A DNA stretch of 64,000 bases from Octopus vulgaris (GCA_951406725.2 OX597817.1:117242001-117306000); one strand, 5' to 3'. Positions 41,618-56,827 are shown, counted from the first letter of the stretch. Notes: a model not told the origin generated them from the letters alone. Numbers and translations are program-made.

Positions 41618-43345
41618 AGGATAACAAACGTTAAGGCAAGGCAAATATCTCAAGTCGTATACATTATTATTACTGGAAAAAAAATTAAGTTGTACAGCTG
41701 TTTCTGGAATATCCCTGGATATGAGATATTCTCTCATCGGAGACAAATAGCGTATAATACTGGCTAGTGATGTCAAATTTCTACTTTCTTTGTATTTAAA
41801 GGAGTTTAAATGTACATAACATCTTTGCTTAAAATTATAGTAAATCCTGTGAAATAGCTATTGGAGTTATTTACAATGTTGTGAACGGTGTATTGGTATA
41901 CGATGTTGAATCATTTGCACTGGCCCAGCACTCCACTCGTGGACCCTTAAAAGCAATTCCACATCACTAGCTTCAAACGTACACAATCTAATTAAAAGAA
42001 AAATACAATATAGACTTCCCTGGGTATAATAGACTCTGGTATTCCATATCAGGGCCAGCACTCCACTTGTGGACTCTGCTTTGAAGAAACTCTCAAAATT
42101 TTAACCCATAACTCACCACAATTGCTTAATAAATACAACGAAATCTTTACAACGTTTAAATACAAATTCTCCCGCACTTTTAGATTCTTTCATAAAGCTA
42201 AATGTAATTCACCCCCACGAATAACACCCACATACAAACCTCGTTGATCGTTAAAACATACCTCTCTATATCTCTTCTATCAACCTTACCTCATCACTAA
42301 TTTATTTTTAAACTTTAGCCTAATAAATCCCTTAATATTTAACTGTAACTCTTATTCCTAAATAATTTAATATTCGACTAGTTTCTCCATTCACGACTAC
42401 CTATATCCCCATAACCCCATTGCTAAAAATATTTCTTCAGCCGCTTACCTATTTCTTTATTACCCACAAGGGGCTAAACACAGAGGGGACAAACAAGGAC
42501 AGACATAGGTATTAAGTCAATTACATCGACCCCAGTGCGTAACTGGTACTTAATTTATCGATCCCGAAAGGATGAAAGGCAAAGTCGACCTCAGCGGAAT
42601 TTGAACTCGACTTTGCCTTGAACGGACACAAGCACTTACTACTAGATTTCCTCCCTAACCCTATAGATTAGAAGAATACCAATGGCACCTACAATTCTCT
42701 TTGAATTCTTTTCATTTTACTTTGTTTTGTTTACTTTTTTCTTTTTACATTATCATACTTTGCAACCTCTCTCCTTATTTATCCTTATATATTTATGTAT
42801 CTTCTTGGTTATTTTTGTACACTACGTTCTTAGACACTATATTTTTAAACACCTTATTTTGTCCTTAACGCCAATCTTTAATTTCCTCCGTCACTCTCTC
42901 TACCACTCTTTTTATTTATTTATTTTTATTTATTTTTTCACTTAATAGCCACCTCCACTACCGTTCTGTTATTGAACGTTGATATATTCGCATCTATTTC
43001 TGGATATTTACACTATCAGTACTTTAACCTACATGGATTTACACAGGATTGCATGTAAGGATTTACGGACCTAATTTTATACGATCGGAAAGATGAATTG
43101 TGAACTTTTATGCCTCTTTTTTCTTCCCTTTCTTCATCTCTTTATTCCTTCTCCCCAGTCCTCTATATTGTTATTCCATTAATCTATACCCTTCTCATTT
43201 TCCCTATTTGTCTCCAAAGACGGAATTTCCCAAACCCTGAGATATCTCGGAAACAGCTGTAAAGATTTGAATTTTTTCCAATAATAATAATAATAATAAT
43301 GTATATGACTTCTGCTGTTTGCCTTACCTTAACGTTTGTTGTCCT
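41618..43345. mobile_element. Decayed element bounded by ~135-bp inverted repeats, Penelope-like; SINE inserted at ~42455-42610
   Basis: 41618-41750 is the reverse complement of 43203-43345 (aggataacaaacgttaaggcaaggcaaa vs tttgccttaccttaacgtttgttgtcct). Each arm carries a GAAACAGCTGTA hammerhead-like end. Confidence 0.65.
42455..42610 (-). mobile_element. Meta-core SINE
   Basis: atcgaccccagtgcgtaactggtacttaatttatcgatcccgaaaggatgaaaggcaaagtcgacctcagcggaatttgaactc. Confidence 0.9.
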
Positions 43346-43495
43346 CTTTAAAAATCATATATCTGCTTTATCGGAATTCTACAATTGTTTCATAACTACC
43401 GTCTCGGCTATAAGCTTCAGGTTCTAGTAATCCGTTACAGCATTAACCTAGCGTACCTCGTCGTTTAGATTACCTGTGGACTAAACCCCCTATTT

Positions 43496-43535
<40 letters not shown>

Positions 43536-44344
43536 CATACACACACACACACACACATGTATATATATTAGGAGAATCAAGAACAGCTGAACTCAAATTA
43601 GTAGATAGATAAATAGACAGACAGACAGATCGAAAGAAAGAAAGAAAGAAATGAAAAGTAATTTTGGAAGCATTCCCATTTTCAACATCAGCAATAATTC
43701 AATCAGTCACGAATCTCTCTGTTATGCACACAATTATGCAGTATATACACGCTATTTTGACTCAGTTGATTCTTGTTTATACTGACGACAAGGATATTGT
43801 GTATCTAAGGAAAGCAGCATGCTTATATATCTAATATAAATACGCACACGTATGGTAAACATAAATTTATGCGCGCATAAAAATATGTTTATGCTAATGT
43901 GAGTACTTTGAGCTGCTTTACAATGTCATTTTTTAATTATGGGTGTATTTCGGTATAATATATCCGAAATAGTGAAGCGCTTCGGGAAATTTACAAGGGA
44001 ATATATTTCTCTTGTAATTTTGAAACAGTGGGTATTATAATAAATATTAATATTTTGACGTAATGTAAATTTGGAAGGTAAGAAATACATTGCTATATAG
44101 TTTTGCACGCAATTATACACTATTTAACGCATGCACATACACATCTTGGATGTACGACTACTACTATTTGCCCCACGTGCGACACTATGTGGCTGAACCT
44201 GGAACCATATAGTTGGAAACCAAAATGCATACTACTGAACCATGTGTATATATATATATATATGCGTGTGTGTGTGCGCGCGCGTGTGTGTGTGTTTGTG
44301 TGCGTGTATGCATGTATGTATTCATATATATACATATGTGTGTA

Positions 44345-44394
<50 letters not shown>

Positions 44395-44395
<1 letters not shown>

Positions 44396-44775
44396 TCGTT
44401 ATGGCTCAACAGCCCTCACCGTTTGTTTTTACTGTTTTGTTCTTACTGTGCTGTTCTTGTTACCACTTTAACCCTACGCAAAACATCCCAAATTTTATTT
44501 AATTTGCTTTGCGAGAAGTACTGTTTCAACAAGTCGCGTCTTGTCCCTACCTCGAAACATGGAGAGATAAATCAGGGGACAACTGATGAAGGGAATGGTC
44601 TTTATGTTGCCTGGCTCGTTTCTCTATTTGTTTCTGTCGTTGTTCGAAAACAGTTCGTTTTCCATGCTTTTGTTTTTTATGTTCTTGTTTCTGATTTTGT
44701 TCCTTTTTATTTAAGTCCTGTATCCACATATGCATAGATATATACATATACATGTTGGCATGTACATGTATGTGC
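44395..44775 (+). mobile_element. T-rich interspersed repeat related to the palindrome arms at 53.1-53.6 kb
   Basis: ctgatgaagggaat...tcgttgtt...ttttcc...tatgtt...gtttct...gtcctgta...atatgcat aligns with the reverse complement of 53170-53352. Confidence 0.6.
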
Positions 44776-44846
44776 GTATATATGCATATATATTACTTAT
44801 ATTATTATATGGTCGAACGCCACGCATCCATTTCCGAGTAAGTTTA

Positions 44847-44931
<85 letters not shown>

Positions 44932-46242
44932 GAGAGCGAGAGTGAGAAAGAAAATATGGTCTTGCAGATCTCATCTATATAAAGTTCACTATAAAGTCTG
45001 AAATCTTTTGGAAACTATAAAAGTACACTAGTTCTACTGTCTATTTTTATAATTTACTTCTCTTAACTTATCTGCACAATTATTTAACTGGCTTCTAAAT
45101 ATTCTTTGTACGTCTTTTAAAAATGCCGATCTGCCAAGAATATATCTTTAGCTTCAGAAATGATAAAAGAAATAAGAAAATATAGTTTATATAGATTTGC
45201 TGTGTCTCATCCTTTTCTTTTTTCATCTTTTATTTTAATATCATCTTAATTAAAAATATAAGATAGCCCACCCATATCTGAGAAAAAAAAATACTGATTG
45301 TAAATAACATTGGAGAATATCTGATGAAAGCTATACTTTTGATGTCAAAAAACAAAGAGTCAAGGTTTGATTTAAGAAAAACAAAACAGAAAACTATGAA
45401 ATAAAATTACAAACTTCTTATGAGACGAAATAAATTAAATGGAAATAAAAGCTAAAAAAGAAGAAACACAACGAACTATGTCAAAAAATGGTATGAAAAA
45501 TAAATAACAATCAAAGATAAAGATAATTTTACAAATTCATAAAAAATTGATAAAATAAAATACAAACTCGTGCTCAAATTAATGTGTAAATTTAATGTTT
45601 CTTAATATTTTTCCAATGGTTATTTTTTTATTTTCAAAAAATAAATTAAGTGACATTAAGAAGTAATGAAATTGTTTTTTCTCCCATCATTTGCTTTAGC
45701 ATTAACCCAGACAAACAGGCAGACCAGCAGACAAGCATGTATGTGTTTATATATGTATGTATATGTAAATGAATGTATGTACAGATATACACAAACACTG
45801 TGATATACACATTCCCGCATACATATTATGTACTTCATTTTTCGATTGTCAACGAAAACATTTACCAAGTTTTCTATCTCCCTCTTTCTTTCTCTCTCTC
45901 TCTCTCCGCAGTAGCTCTGTTTTAATATTCATTCATAAAAGTGAAAGAAATCATCGTCTTCGACAAGCCAATTTAATTTTTCAGAAACATTCATAATCCT
46001 CTAACAGATTACACACAACTCTGCTCTAGACATATACTAAAACTAAATGTTATTTGATTGAAACTTTGAGAACTTTATAACATGATACTTTTGAGAGTTT
46101 TACGACGTGATATTTTTGAGAACACAATTTCTTTTACGCTAATACTTTTTCTCTCATTGGGGTTTTAACTGAAGTAAATTAGGAAAAACACGATTTTCAG
46201 TTATACAATTAGAATATACTAGCCTAAAGGCAATCACAGGCA

Positions 46243-46363
46243 TATCTATCTAGCTATCTACCTATCCACCCAATCATCCATCCATCCATCCATCCATCCA
46301 TCCATCCATCCATCTATCTATCTATCTCTCCATCTATCTATCTATCCATCTATCAATCCATTC

Positions 46364-46432
<69 letters not shown>

Positions 46433-46467
46433 CCTATCCATCCATCCATCCATCTATCCATCTATCC

Positions 46468-46503
<36 letters not shown>

Positions 46504-46652
46504 CTCCATCTCTCTCTCCATCTATCTATCTCTCTCTCCATCTATCTATCTCTCTCTTTATCTATCTATCCATCTATCTATCTATCCATCTATCTATCCA
46601 TCTATCTATCTATCTATCCATCTATCTATCCATCCATCTATGTATCTATCTA
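46243..46652. repeat. (CTAT)n/(CCAT)n tetranucleotide array
   Basis: Read directly from the sequence. Confidence 0.97.
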
Positions 46653-47640
46653 GATAGAATTAACAAAAGACGAAGATAGACGTAGGAGCAACAAGGAAGT
46701 GTATTAGTTTAAAGCTCGGGAAAAATGGAAAAGTCTTTGACGTTTCGAGTCAACGCTCTTCCACAGAAAAATTTTGAGGGGAAAAATCGGAGAATGGTGG
46801 AAAACGGAGAGAGAAAACAACATGAAAGGAATAACGGTTTAATGTGATGAAATCTACCTGTCTGTCTACTTAACAACCTACTTGTCTATTTATACGATGT
46901 GGTAAAGAGATCACTATTTGAGTGCACGAATCGCTTGGTGTGAAGCCAACATACTAAGAGCAGTAGAGGAATGCTGGATTTTGTCGCATTCGTTTATATG
47001 GTGTGGCACCCATACAGGGAGTTTTTCAGACCTTACCCACCGAATGACGGTGACAGGCAGCGGTATCATGAATGCATTTCATTCCGAACGAGATTAGTGC
47101 GGATCCACTGAACTGAACTGAAAGAAGTCTGTCGGAAAGCATGCATATGTTGGTACAGGACCTAAAAAGAAACGTGAACAAAATAAGAAACGAGAACATA
47201 AAAAAAAAAGTTAGATTGTATTTCCCCTGCTTGATATGTAGAAAATTGATTTTCTTGTGGTTATTTCAGTAATAGGACCTACTCCGTACACTGCACAAAT
47301 GTCTCGAGTGGCTTTGGCAGCAGTGGAAACTTGACTCAAAGCAAAGAGGAACAGGTGTCGAATTTTTGTTTTCTACTTGGTACTCCATTGTCGATTCTCT
47401 GACGAAATATAAAATTTGTTCAAATTTCGAAAACGATAAAGAAACGTTGTTAGAAAGGATGAAGCAAACAAGAACATAAAACGCTGCAAGAAAAATATGT
47501 TTTTGTTATAATTCATATAACATTTGAAAACAAAAAGGACCAATTTATTTGAAAACCGAATATTTGTATATGAATATATGCCTTTATATATGCATACAAA
47601 TATGTACATATACGTGTGTGTGCATATGCTTACAGAGAGC

Positions 47641-47678
<38 letters not shown>

Positions 47679-47800
47679 TATAATATATGGGTATACGTGT
47701 CTGTGGAGTGATCAACCATTTGCACGTTAGTTTCACGGGCAGGCTGTTCCGTTGATCGTATTGACATCGTACCGTCGATGGTATAACCGACAGCGGGTCA

Positions 47801-47857
<57 letters not shown>

Positions 47858-47860
<3 letters not shown>

Positions 47861-48260
47861 CTGTGTGGTAAGTAGCTTGCTTGCCAACCACATGGTTCCT
47901 GCTTCAGTCTCACTGCGTGACACCTTGGGCAAGTGTCTTCTACTATAGCCTCGGGCCGACCAAAGCCTTGTGAGTGGATTTGTTAGCCGGAAACTGAAAG
48001 AAGCCCGCCGTATATATGTATATATATATATTTATGTGTTTGTATATGTTTGTGCGTCTGTGTTTGTCTCCCCAACATCGCTTGACAACTGATGATAGGG
48101 TGTTTACGTCCCCATAACTTAGCGGTTCGGCAAAAGTGACCGATTGAAGAAGTACTAGACTTACAAAAAATAAGTCCTGGGCTAGATATGCTCGACTGAA
48201 GGTGGTGCTCCAGCATGGCCGCGGTCAAATGACTGAAACAAGTAAAAGAGTAAAAAGAGT
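47858..48260 (+). mobile_element. tRNA-derived SINE with internal microsatellite, full length
   Basis: ggctgtgtggtaagtagc...catggttcctgcttcagtc...caccttgggcaagtgtcttctactatagcc...aatgactgaaacaagtaaaagag. Further copies at 11.0, 20.7-21.1, 52.6-52.8 and 63.5-63.9 kb. Confidence 0.9.
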
Positions 48261-48277
48261 ATATATATATACTCTTT

Positions 48278-48315
<38 letters not shown>

Positions 48316-48619
48316 CATCAATAATAACTTGAAAAGTATGAATTGGTAGAATGCATCACCCATTAACCAATTGTTTTAGGTACCATTTTTGGGCAAATTT
48401 AAACATTCTCTCGGCTCTTTCCTTCTTCATTACACGGGATTATTGAAAATAAGGGTGTGCGCAGACCGTGATATTATCCGCCTTAAAAATAGTTTAAATG
48501 CCTTGATAAATAGTCATTGTCGCATAGTGAATTGGCATGATGAGCTCTCTACAAAAGTCCTTCTAAAAAGTCGCTTAGTAATAAGTATAATTACTCTGCT
48601 AACTGTAATTTATATGCAA

Positions 48620-49720
48620 GCAATAATAAGAAAAATAAATAGAAATTTTACCTGGTATAATCCACCGGTTTCACACTGGTGAAGTTTAATATGCGGAAAA
48701 TGCACTTTAAAATATATTCTATCACAACATAAATACAAGCGGATATTTAACTCGCATATTGTAAAACTTACCTAGTTAATCATGCCAAATTTGCTTTCTA
48801 TTGTAGCAGCATCTCATAGAAGTAAACCAAAAATGGGCCAACACATTATTAATAGGATACTATTGGTAAATAATGGGAATGGAACACCTAGATTGTGACT
48901 TGTAGAGCCCACTGAGATAAAAGGGTTAAATAGTGAATATTATTGTAAATTAATCCACATTAATCCAAATAGAACAAATAAAGTAGTTATGGAGGAAATA
49001 TTTCACCTAATAATCGAAACTTTATAAAAGAATCTGAATTATATATCAAGATGGCAAATCTTATTTTCGTATCTGAAATGAATATACTTACTCACTATTG
49101 ATCCCACGATGTCATTAATATATTGCTTACACTCTAAAAGGTCATTGTATGAATAGATAGCTCTGTTTCTATACGGTGCTCCAGCCTTCAGTTTTCTGTA
49201 TTTTTAAGCTATTAGGAATATCTGTAGTGCAGTACATGTAATTGTCAATAGGTTGGAAATCGCCCTTGTAAAAATATTGTTTACAAGTATATCGTGGAAA
49301 ACCATAAATTAATGTAAAGTCTACATTGGGTCTACAGCAATTTTAAAGAAACGCTTTTATTTGTACCGTCATTCATTTTCCAAATCTATTTTACTTTCAT
49401 ATATCAGGAAAAATATATTAAATGCAATATTAAAGGCACAATATTCAAAATGGAAATGAGTATCATATATTCATCTTAACAATATCAAGTAGATAAAGAG
49501 GATTGTTGCCTATGCGCCCGTGAAGAGCTCGAGATTCTCATAGTTGATGAGGATCTGTTATCAAGAAGAATAAAGTTATAGCAGATTGCAAGCACACACT
49601 TCCTTGGACATTTAAATATTAACGAACAGGAAGTAATTATGATGTTTAATAAGTAAATAAGATATGACAGCATCTTATTTCGTACGCGAATGAAATCTTC
49701 AATAAACTGTACGTGTTAAA
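48620..49720 (+). mobile_element. Penelope-like element C-terminal remnant (GIY-YIG endonuclease)
   Basis: RNFTWYNPP at ~48640, HKYKRIFNSHIVKL...MPNL at ~48728-48795, NIVYK...VYIGSTAILKKRF at 49273-49360, CCLCARE at ~49504. Confidence 0.8.
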
Positions 49721-50143
49721 ATAGTAAAAAATTTACATGGGGTAATTTACTAGTGCCCATTTCACTCAGCTTGTTATACGGAGCATTTAGCATATTATTT
49801 ACTCGTCCTATACTACTGACTCATCGATGCTTTAATCTCTACTGATTTTCAATATTATCGTTCATGCTTGTCATTTGGAAATTAACTCATTTATAGGTGA
49901 ATTATTGTATATCATTATGCATATCCATATGTACTGTTTGGGTATTTGTATATGCATATGAATACACGTATGTGACTATACATATTTTTCAGTGTGTATA
50001 TATGCGTTTATCTAAGTGTGCTTACATGTTCATATATACATGTGTGTAATGCAGATGCAATTATGTCTGCACATAACTGTATATAGCAAGGATGTGTGTG
50101 TGCGTAATACACACTAGTGCGCACGCACACGCACACACACACA

Positions 50144-51340
50144 TGTAGGATGTCTCAAAAATATATAAGCAAATTTACAGATAATAACGCACTTAATTTT
50201 AATTTATATATTTTTTTCCGTTTAAGCAGTTAGAAATAATGCAAGAAGCCAAACTAGGCTTTGAACAAAAGAAATGTCTCCTGAAGTGTCACTATAGGTT
50301 TGAAAATACTGCCCATGAGTAAAGACCCTTTAGGAATAAGTTTCAAACGATCCACTAACGCAATTTACCACCATTCGAAGTAGAGATAAGTGTGAATCAG
50401 ATGGAACTATTCCTAATGTCCACAAGAAACGTTCTGGAAGACTGCGAACACCGACGAGTCCCACACAGTATTAGAAATCTATTACCAGAGTCTAAAAGAA
50501 ACCGCGCGACAAGCGAATCGTGAGATAGAAATTTCAAAATGGAGTGTCGATCGTATTTTGAACGACTGTCATTGCAAAAGCCTCATTTCAGGAACAGGCC
50601 GTCCTCTCAATGAAGATGATCCTGATTAAAGAGTGAAGTTTTGCGAGTGTTACCAGGAAGGACCTATTGATAATGCACACTTTTCAACAACCATTGCTTA
50701 GAGTGATGAAACCACATTTATATTTAATCACTCAACCGCCAAACTTGTACTGTCTGGGGATCTGAGTTGAGACTCAGCATGTTACGAGTAAACAAAGTTA
50801 ATTTACAGAGAACTGCAGTATAGTGCGGTTTATCATCAAAAGAGTTAATTTTCGAAGATAATGTGACTGGTCCGATTTAAGTGAACTTACTGTGACCATC
50901 TAATCATACCAAGCATTCAAGACGACTTGAAACATGTGGAGTTTTATTTCAGCAAAGTAAGGATCACATTGATGAGATTTATCCAACCTGAGGATTAATA
51001 AAGAGATTCAGTAGAATACAAACAGTGCTCACCGAGCCGCGTATCACTAGATATTTTGATAGGAATACATAAAACTTAAAATTTACAGTACAAAATCCTC
51101 AATAGTTAATGTGTTGAGGTTAGCTATTGTACGAGAATGCGCTCAAACGGCGAACGGTTTCTCGATGTTTGCAGTTTCATTGCTTTGCATTATCAAGAGA
51201 GCCTGGACTAGAAATGTTGCCGATTTGAAAACAGACGTTCATTAAAGTATCAAATTATATCTGAAAAGGAAATGTATTTTGATAAACATTGACTTTGTAT
51301 ACATTCAATATACGCATACATTTTTTGGAATCCCCTCTAT
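50144..51340 (+). mobile_element. Decayed Tc1/mariner-superfamily transposon (DUF4817-type HTH N-terminus)
   Basis: MQEAKLGFEQKKCLLKCHYRFEN at 50239, DGTIPNVHKKRSGRLRT, LNEDDPD*RVKFCE, SDETTF; degenerate terminal inverted repeats near 50144 and 51340. Confidence 0.75.
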
Positions 51341-52408
51341 ATGTGCATGTGTTAAAGAGGTTATGTATTTGATTATAACTTTATGACTACATATACAAGC
51401 GTTGCGTGTATGTATTGATCTCTCTCACTCTCATTAATTCATTCTCTCTCTCTGTCTCTTTCGTCTGTGTAGTCTTATTTCATTGCGTGTAGTTATTGTG
51501 GTTATTTAGCTAAATGTTTTATTTTTATGCATCCATATGTGAATTTACACAATGTCTGTGTTATTTTATGTTTTTAGTGAACAGATATATATTCCTGTGA
51601 ATATATGTTTGCAATATATATAAGCCAATGTATGAGGCTGTGAGTCAGAGCGTGCGTCTATGAATGTAATTACTACTTGAATGATGGTATAGTGTACTTG
51701 TGTCTATATGTATCGGTTTGTGAAAGTTCTTTGATGCATAGTTTTCCTGCCTGTTTAATTACCGCAATTTGAATTTATGTCTTTATAACACTAGAGTATA
51801 TTCCTCCCTCCCTTCCCCTTCTCTCTCTCTCTCTTTCTCCTTCTCCCCCCTCTCCCTGTCTCTTTTATTTGTTTCTCATTCTCACTCGTTTTCTCCTTTC
51901 TCTCGGAACTGGTTCATATATAGCCATGTAACCTAGGACATGGTAATTTCTCATCAATTATCCTAATTCATTTATTTATTTATTATTTTTACATATTAGG
52001 TTTTATCATTCTGTATACTTTTCATTCTATATAAGTGCAGAAATATAATGTATTCTTCATAATACTCTGGCGACACGGCTCACTGAAGATGTGATTCTTA
52101 TACTTTCTAATAGTTACATCGTCGTGATACGATATAATTGAGACACTAGATATTTCTGATAGTGTTGTATTTTTTTTTTTATGACTATTACTTTCTTCAT
52201 ATCAGCAGATTGTACGATGAACATGAATGTGCATTCAGCATTCACACCTACGGATTTAAAATATATGAATATACATTCATAAATTTGGGTTATATTTCGA
52301 AGTAGCAAACTACGCTGAGCTTTGTTGCAACTGGTTATTAGTCGTGAATGCAGGGCTCAACATGACATGGTGCAAATAGATAGATAGATAAATTGATAAA
52401 GAGTCACT

Positions 52409-52453
<45 letters not shown>

Positions 52454-52587
52454 GTATATGTATATATGTAAATTTATGCACACGTACACACATATCGTAT
52501 ATATAAATACATATGCTATTATTTCTATTGTATTTGTGTAGCAATGTCCGATTCTTCTGTCCGTGTTTTTTGATACATTCGCTGCTT

Positions 52588-52638
<51 letters not shown>

Positions 52639-52654
52639 TTGCGTGTATGTTTGT

Positions 52655-52808
52655 ATGTCTGTGTTTGTCCCCTCAAGATGCTGGTGTGTTTATGTCCCCG
52701 TCACTTAGCGGTTCGGCAAAAGTCCCGGGGTCGAGTTGCTCGATTAAAGGCGGTGCTTCAGCATGGCCGCAGTCAAATGACTGAAACAAGTAAAAGAGTG
52801 TAAAAGAG
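52655..52808 (+). mobile_element. SINE 3' half (47.9 kb family)
   Basis: ggtgtgtttatgtccccgtcacttagcggttcggcaaaag...cagcatggccgcagtcaaatgactgaaacaagtaaaagag. Confidence 0.85.
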
Positions 52809-53099
52809 AATATATGTATATGTATGTATGTATGTAGAAAAACCGTTCTACAATGTTGTTTTCGGTGCCTATATAACCGTGTGTAAATACTCACGGCCCA
52901 AATCTTCACCTACTTAACATTCGAGATAAGCAAATGTTGCATTACTACGTTACTTTGGTGCATTTCAGCCCAGGAGATTGTAACATTATACGCAAGGTGC
53001 AATGCAACACAGGAATTGAACCCACGGTTTTATGATTCAAATCCTATCTCTTTTACCACGAGCGTAAATGTTTGCATTTCATATATATCTTTGAGTGAG

Positions 53100-53584
53100 T
53101 CTGTTCATATATATATATATATATATAAATTAATAAATAAATAAAATATATGCATATATACATACATATATGTACGTACCTACCCCTACATGTATATATA
53201 CATGCATATATGAGTACAGGACACCAAAAAAACATCGAACACAATGAGAAACGAAAACATAAACACAAAACCAAGGAAATGAAATTCTTTTTAAACAACG
53301 AAAAAATAGAGTACAGGGCATACGAAACAAGGAAAATTCCCCTTCTTCAGTGGCCTTAATTTCATTGTTTTGTATGTCCTGTACTCTATTTTTTCGTTGT
53401 TTAAAAAAATGTCCATTTCCTTGGTTTTGTGTTTATGTTTTCGTTTCTCATTGTGTTCGACGTTTTTTTTGGTGTCCGGTACCCATACATGCATGTATAT
53501 ATACATGTAGAGGTAGGGACGTACATATATGTATGTATATATGCATATATTTTATTTATTTATTAATTTATTATATGACAGAAC
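53100..53584. repeat. Long imperfect palindrome (arms ~53126-53338 and ~53358-53570, spacer ~20 bp)
   Basis: For example acaatgagaaacgaaaacataaacacaaaaccaaggaaat (53241-53280) is the exact reverse complement of 53415-53454. The mirror-image ORFs in the track agree. Confidence 0.95.
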
Positions 53585-53615
53585 GCACGCGCATCCCCTT
53601 CTAAGTAAGATTGTT

Positions 53616-54267
<652 letters not shown>

Positions 54268-55660
54268 CACACACAAAAAATCCAAGCCCCCTGCAACAGT
54301 CAAAACCAGCCACTACACTAACCTCCACATTCCTACTCAATGCACAAGGTGTCAGCCCTTCCATCAATGCACAAAAATGGAAGGTCCAATTCATTGAAGA
54401 CTGGGTTGGTAACCATTCACACCACATCCCTTTCTTCATTCTCCCTGAGACCCACCTTGACAACTCCCACTTGGAAGCCGAAGTGAGAGTGAAGAATTTC
54501 ACAACCATCCGCGCGGATCGTATCGACATGAGGAAGGGTGGAACTGCCATTTTCCTGCATGATTCATTTACGGCAGATGGAAATAGTATATTCTCCAACG
54601 GCTACTGTGAATCAGTCACCGTGCACAACAAAGCCAATGACCTGACAGTAATTGGGCTCTATAGGCCGCCCCAAACACCCATACTGTGCTTTAAAGAATG
54701 CCTCAACAGCATTAAGTGCTTTATTCAACAGTGCCATTCTAGCAACATACTCATGATGGGTGACTTCAATCTACCCTGTGTTGACTGGACTACAAACTCT
54801 TTGTCAACCGCTGACAAAGAAGCAGCAGAGTCACTTTTCGACTTTACGAATGAGTTTTTCTTGTCCCAACTTGTCCTTGCACCAACAAGACATCAGAACA
54901 TTTTGGACCTAGTGTTTAGTAACCACACTAACACTATACATAACGTTACAGTGGAAAAAACCCTTCTTTCAGACCATGACATGGTTCTCTGTAACATGAA
55001 ATTCCACCAGCCGAAAGCTAATCCTAGTGACCTTCCTCCAGCCCACCCATTTGACAACATGGATCTCCATAAAGCCAACTGGGATGCAATCAGGAACGAG
55101 CTATCAAATGTTGACTGGTCCTTTACACATACACACATCTCCACCAACCATAAAACATCTTGGCAGATCTTTGTAGACACCGTCACAGACATATGTGCAA
55201 AACACTCCCCACCAAAACCTGTGAACAAAAAGTGCAGAATCCCCCAAAACAGAAAAACCATTATCAGAAAAATAAAAAGAACAAACAAAAAAATTAACAA
55301 ACTAAAGTACTGCCAACAGCAACACACACATTCGACGGCTATCGCACTGCTTGAATCCAAAAAATATAACCTCCAACAACACATGAAGACCCTCATCAAT
55401 AACCAAAGATCAGCTGAGGAGAAGTGGGCCATTGAAAAAATCAAACTCAACCCCAAAGTGTTCTTTTCATTTGCGAGGAAACGCAGGGTCACTGTCTCCA
55501 CTGTAGGCCCTCTAATTGACGAAACTGGCACTCTCCAAGATAATGCCAAATCCATGGCCGAGATACTGCAGAAACAATACTGCTCTGTTTTCAGCAATCC
55601 TGATATGGCCGATCTGGGCTGTATCAGTGATGTCAACCCCAACACACTATATCGGACATA

Positions 55661-56827
55661 ACGTTTAGTGCCCCTGATGTCTTAGCGGCGATAAACGAAA
55701 TAAAACACAATTCAGCAGTAGGCCCCGATAGGTTCCCTGCTTGTGTCCTGAAGGTGTGTCGACACCAACTTGCATCTCCCCTTGCTAATCTGTGGAGAAA
55801 CTCACTGGATGCTGGCTATATTCCAAAAAACCTTCTGTCCCAGTCTGTTGTCCCAGTTTTCAAAAAGGGAAACAAGTCCCTTGCAGTGAATTACCGTCCG
55901 ATCTCACTCACCTCTCATATCATCAAGGTATTTGAGAGGGTGGTGAGATCTCGAATAACCCAATTTCTGGAAAGCAACAGACGGCTGATCTCCAACCAAC
56001 ATGGGTTCCGTAATGGAAGGGACTGCCTAACGCAGCTCCTGCATCACTTTGAGGACATTTTGAGAGCTTTGGGAGAGGGCTCCAACACCGATGTCATCTA
56101 CCTTGATTTCAGTAAGGCCTTCGACAGGGTCGATCACAAGATCCTATTGAAAAAACTATCCAACATTGGTGTCTCTGGAAAGTTACTGAAATGGATTAAG
56201 TGTTTCCTGACAGACAGATCTCAACATGTTGTAGTTGAAGGGGTAAAATCAAGCCCAGCCAAAGTCAGTAGTGGCGTTCCGCAAGGCACTGTGCTGGGCC
56301 CACTTCTTTTCATCATTTACATTAATGACATTAATGACATCATCAAGCACAGCAACATAAAAATCTTTGCAGATGACTCCAAGCTACAGAAGGTCATAAA
56401 TGAGGCGAGTGACCGGACATGCCTTCAGTCAGATCTACTGGCTGTTATCCAATGGGCAGAAAAAAACAATATGCTGCTGAACGAGGATAAATTTGAGCTA
56501 ATCCACTTTGGAAAAGAGGATGCCCTGAAACTCCCATACTCCCTTCCTTCAGGTGAAACTCTCGCGGCGTCCAACAACATCAGAGACTTGGGAGTAATTG
56601 TGGACAACAACGTAAGCTGGGCCACTCATATAAACACCAAAGTTGACATGGCCCGGAGAATGTGTTCCTGGATTCTCAGAACTTTCCAGTCGAGAGATAT
56701 CCACACCATTATCCTTCTCTTCTCCACTTTTGCCCGACCCCACCTTGAATACTGTTGTCCACTGTGGTCTCCCCACACAATACAAGGTATCATAAAAGTT
56801 GAAGCACCTCAAAGGGCAATCACAAAA
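55661..56827 (+). CDS. LINE ORF2 C-half, reverse transcriptase (frameshifted continuation)
   Basis: The frame is open from at least 55661 (TFSAPDV...SAVGPDRFP) through NYRPISLTS, QHGFR, YLDFSKAFDRV, GVPQGTVLGPLLF, FADD and RDLGV. Confidence 0.95.

Noticed and set aside
54893-55645. 250-aa minus-strand ORF
   Set aside because: Antisense shadow of LINE ORF2 with no recognisable motif.
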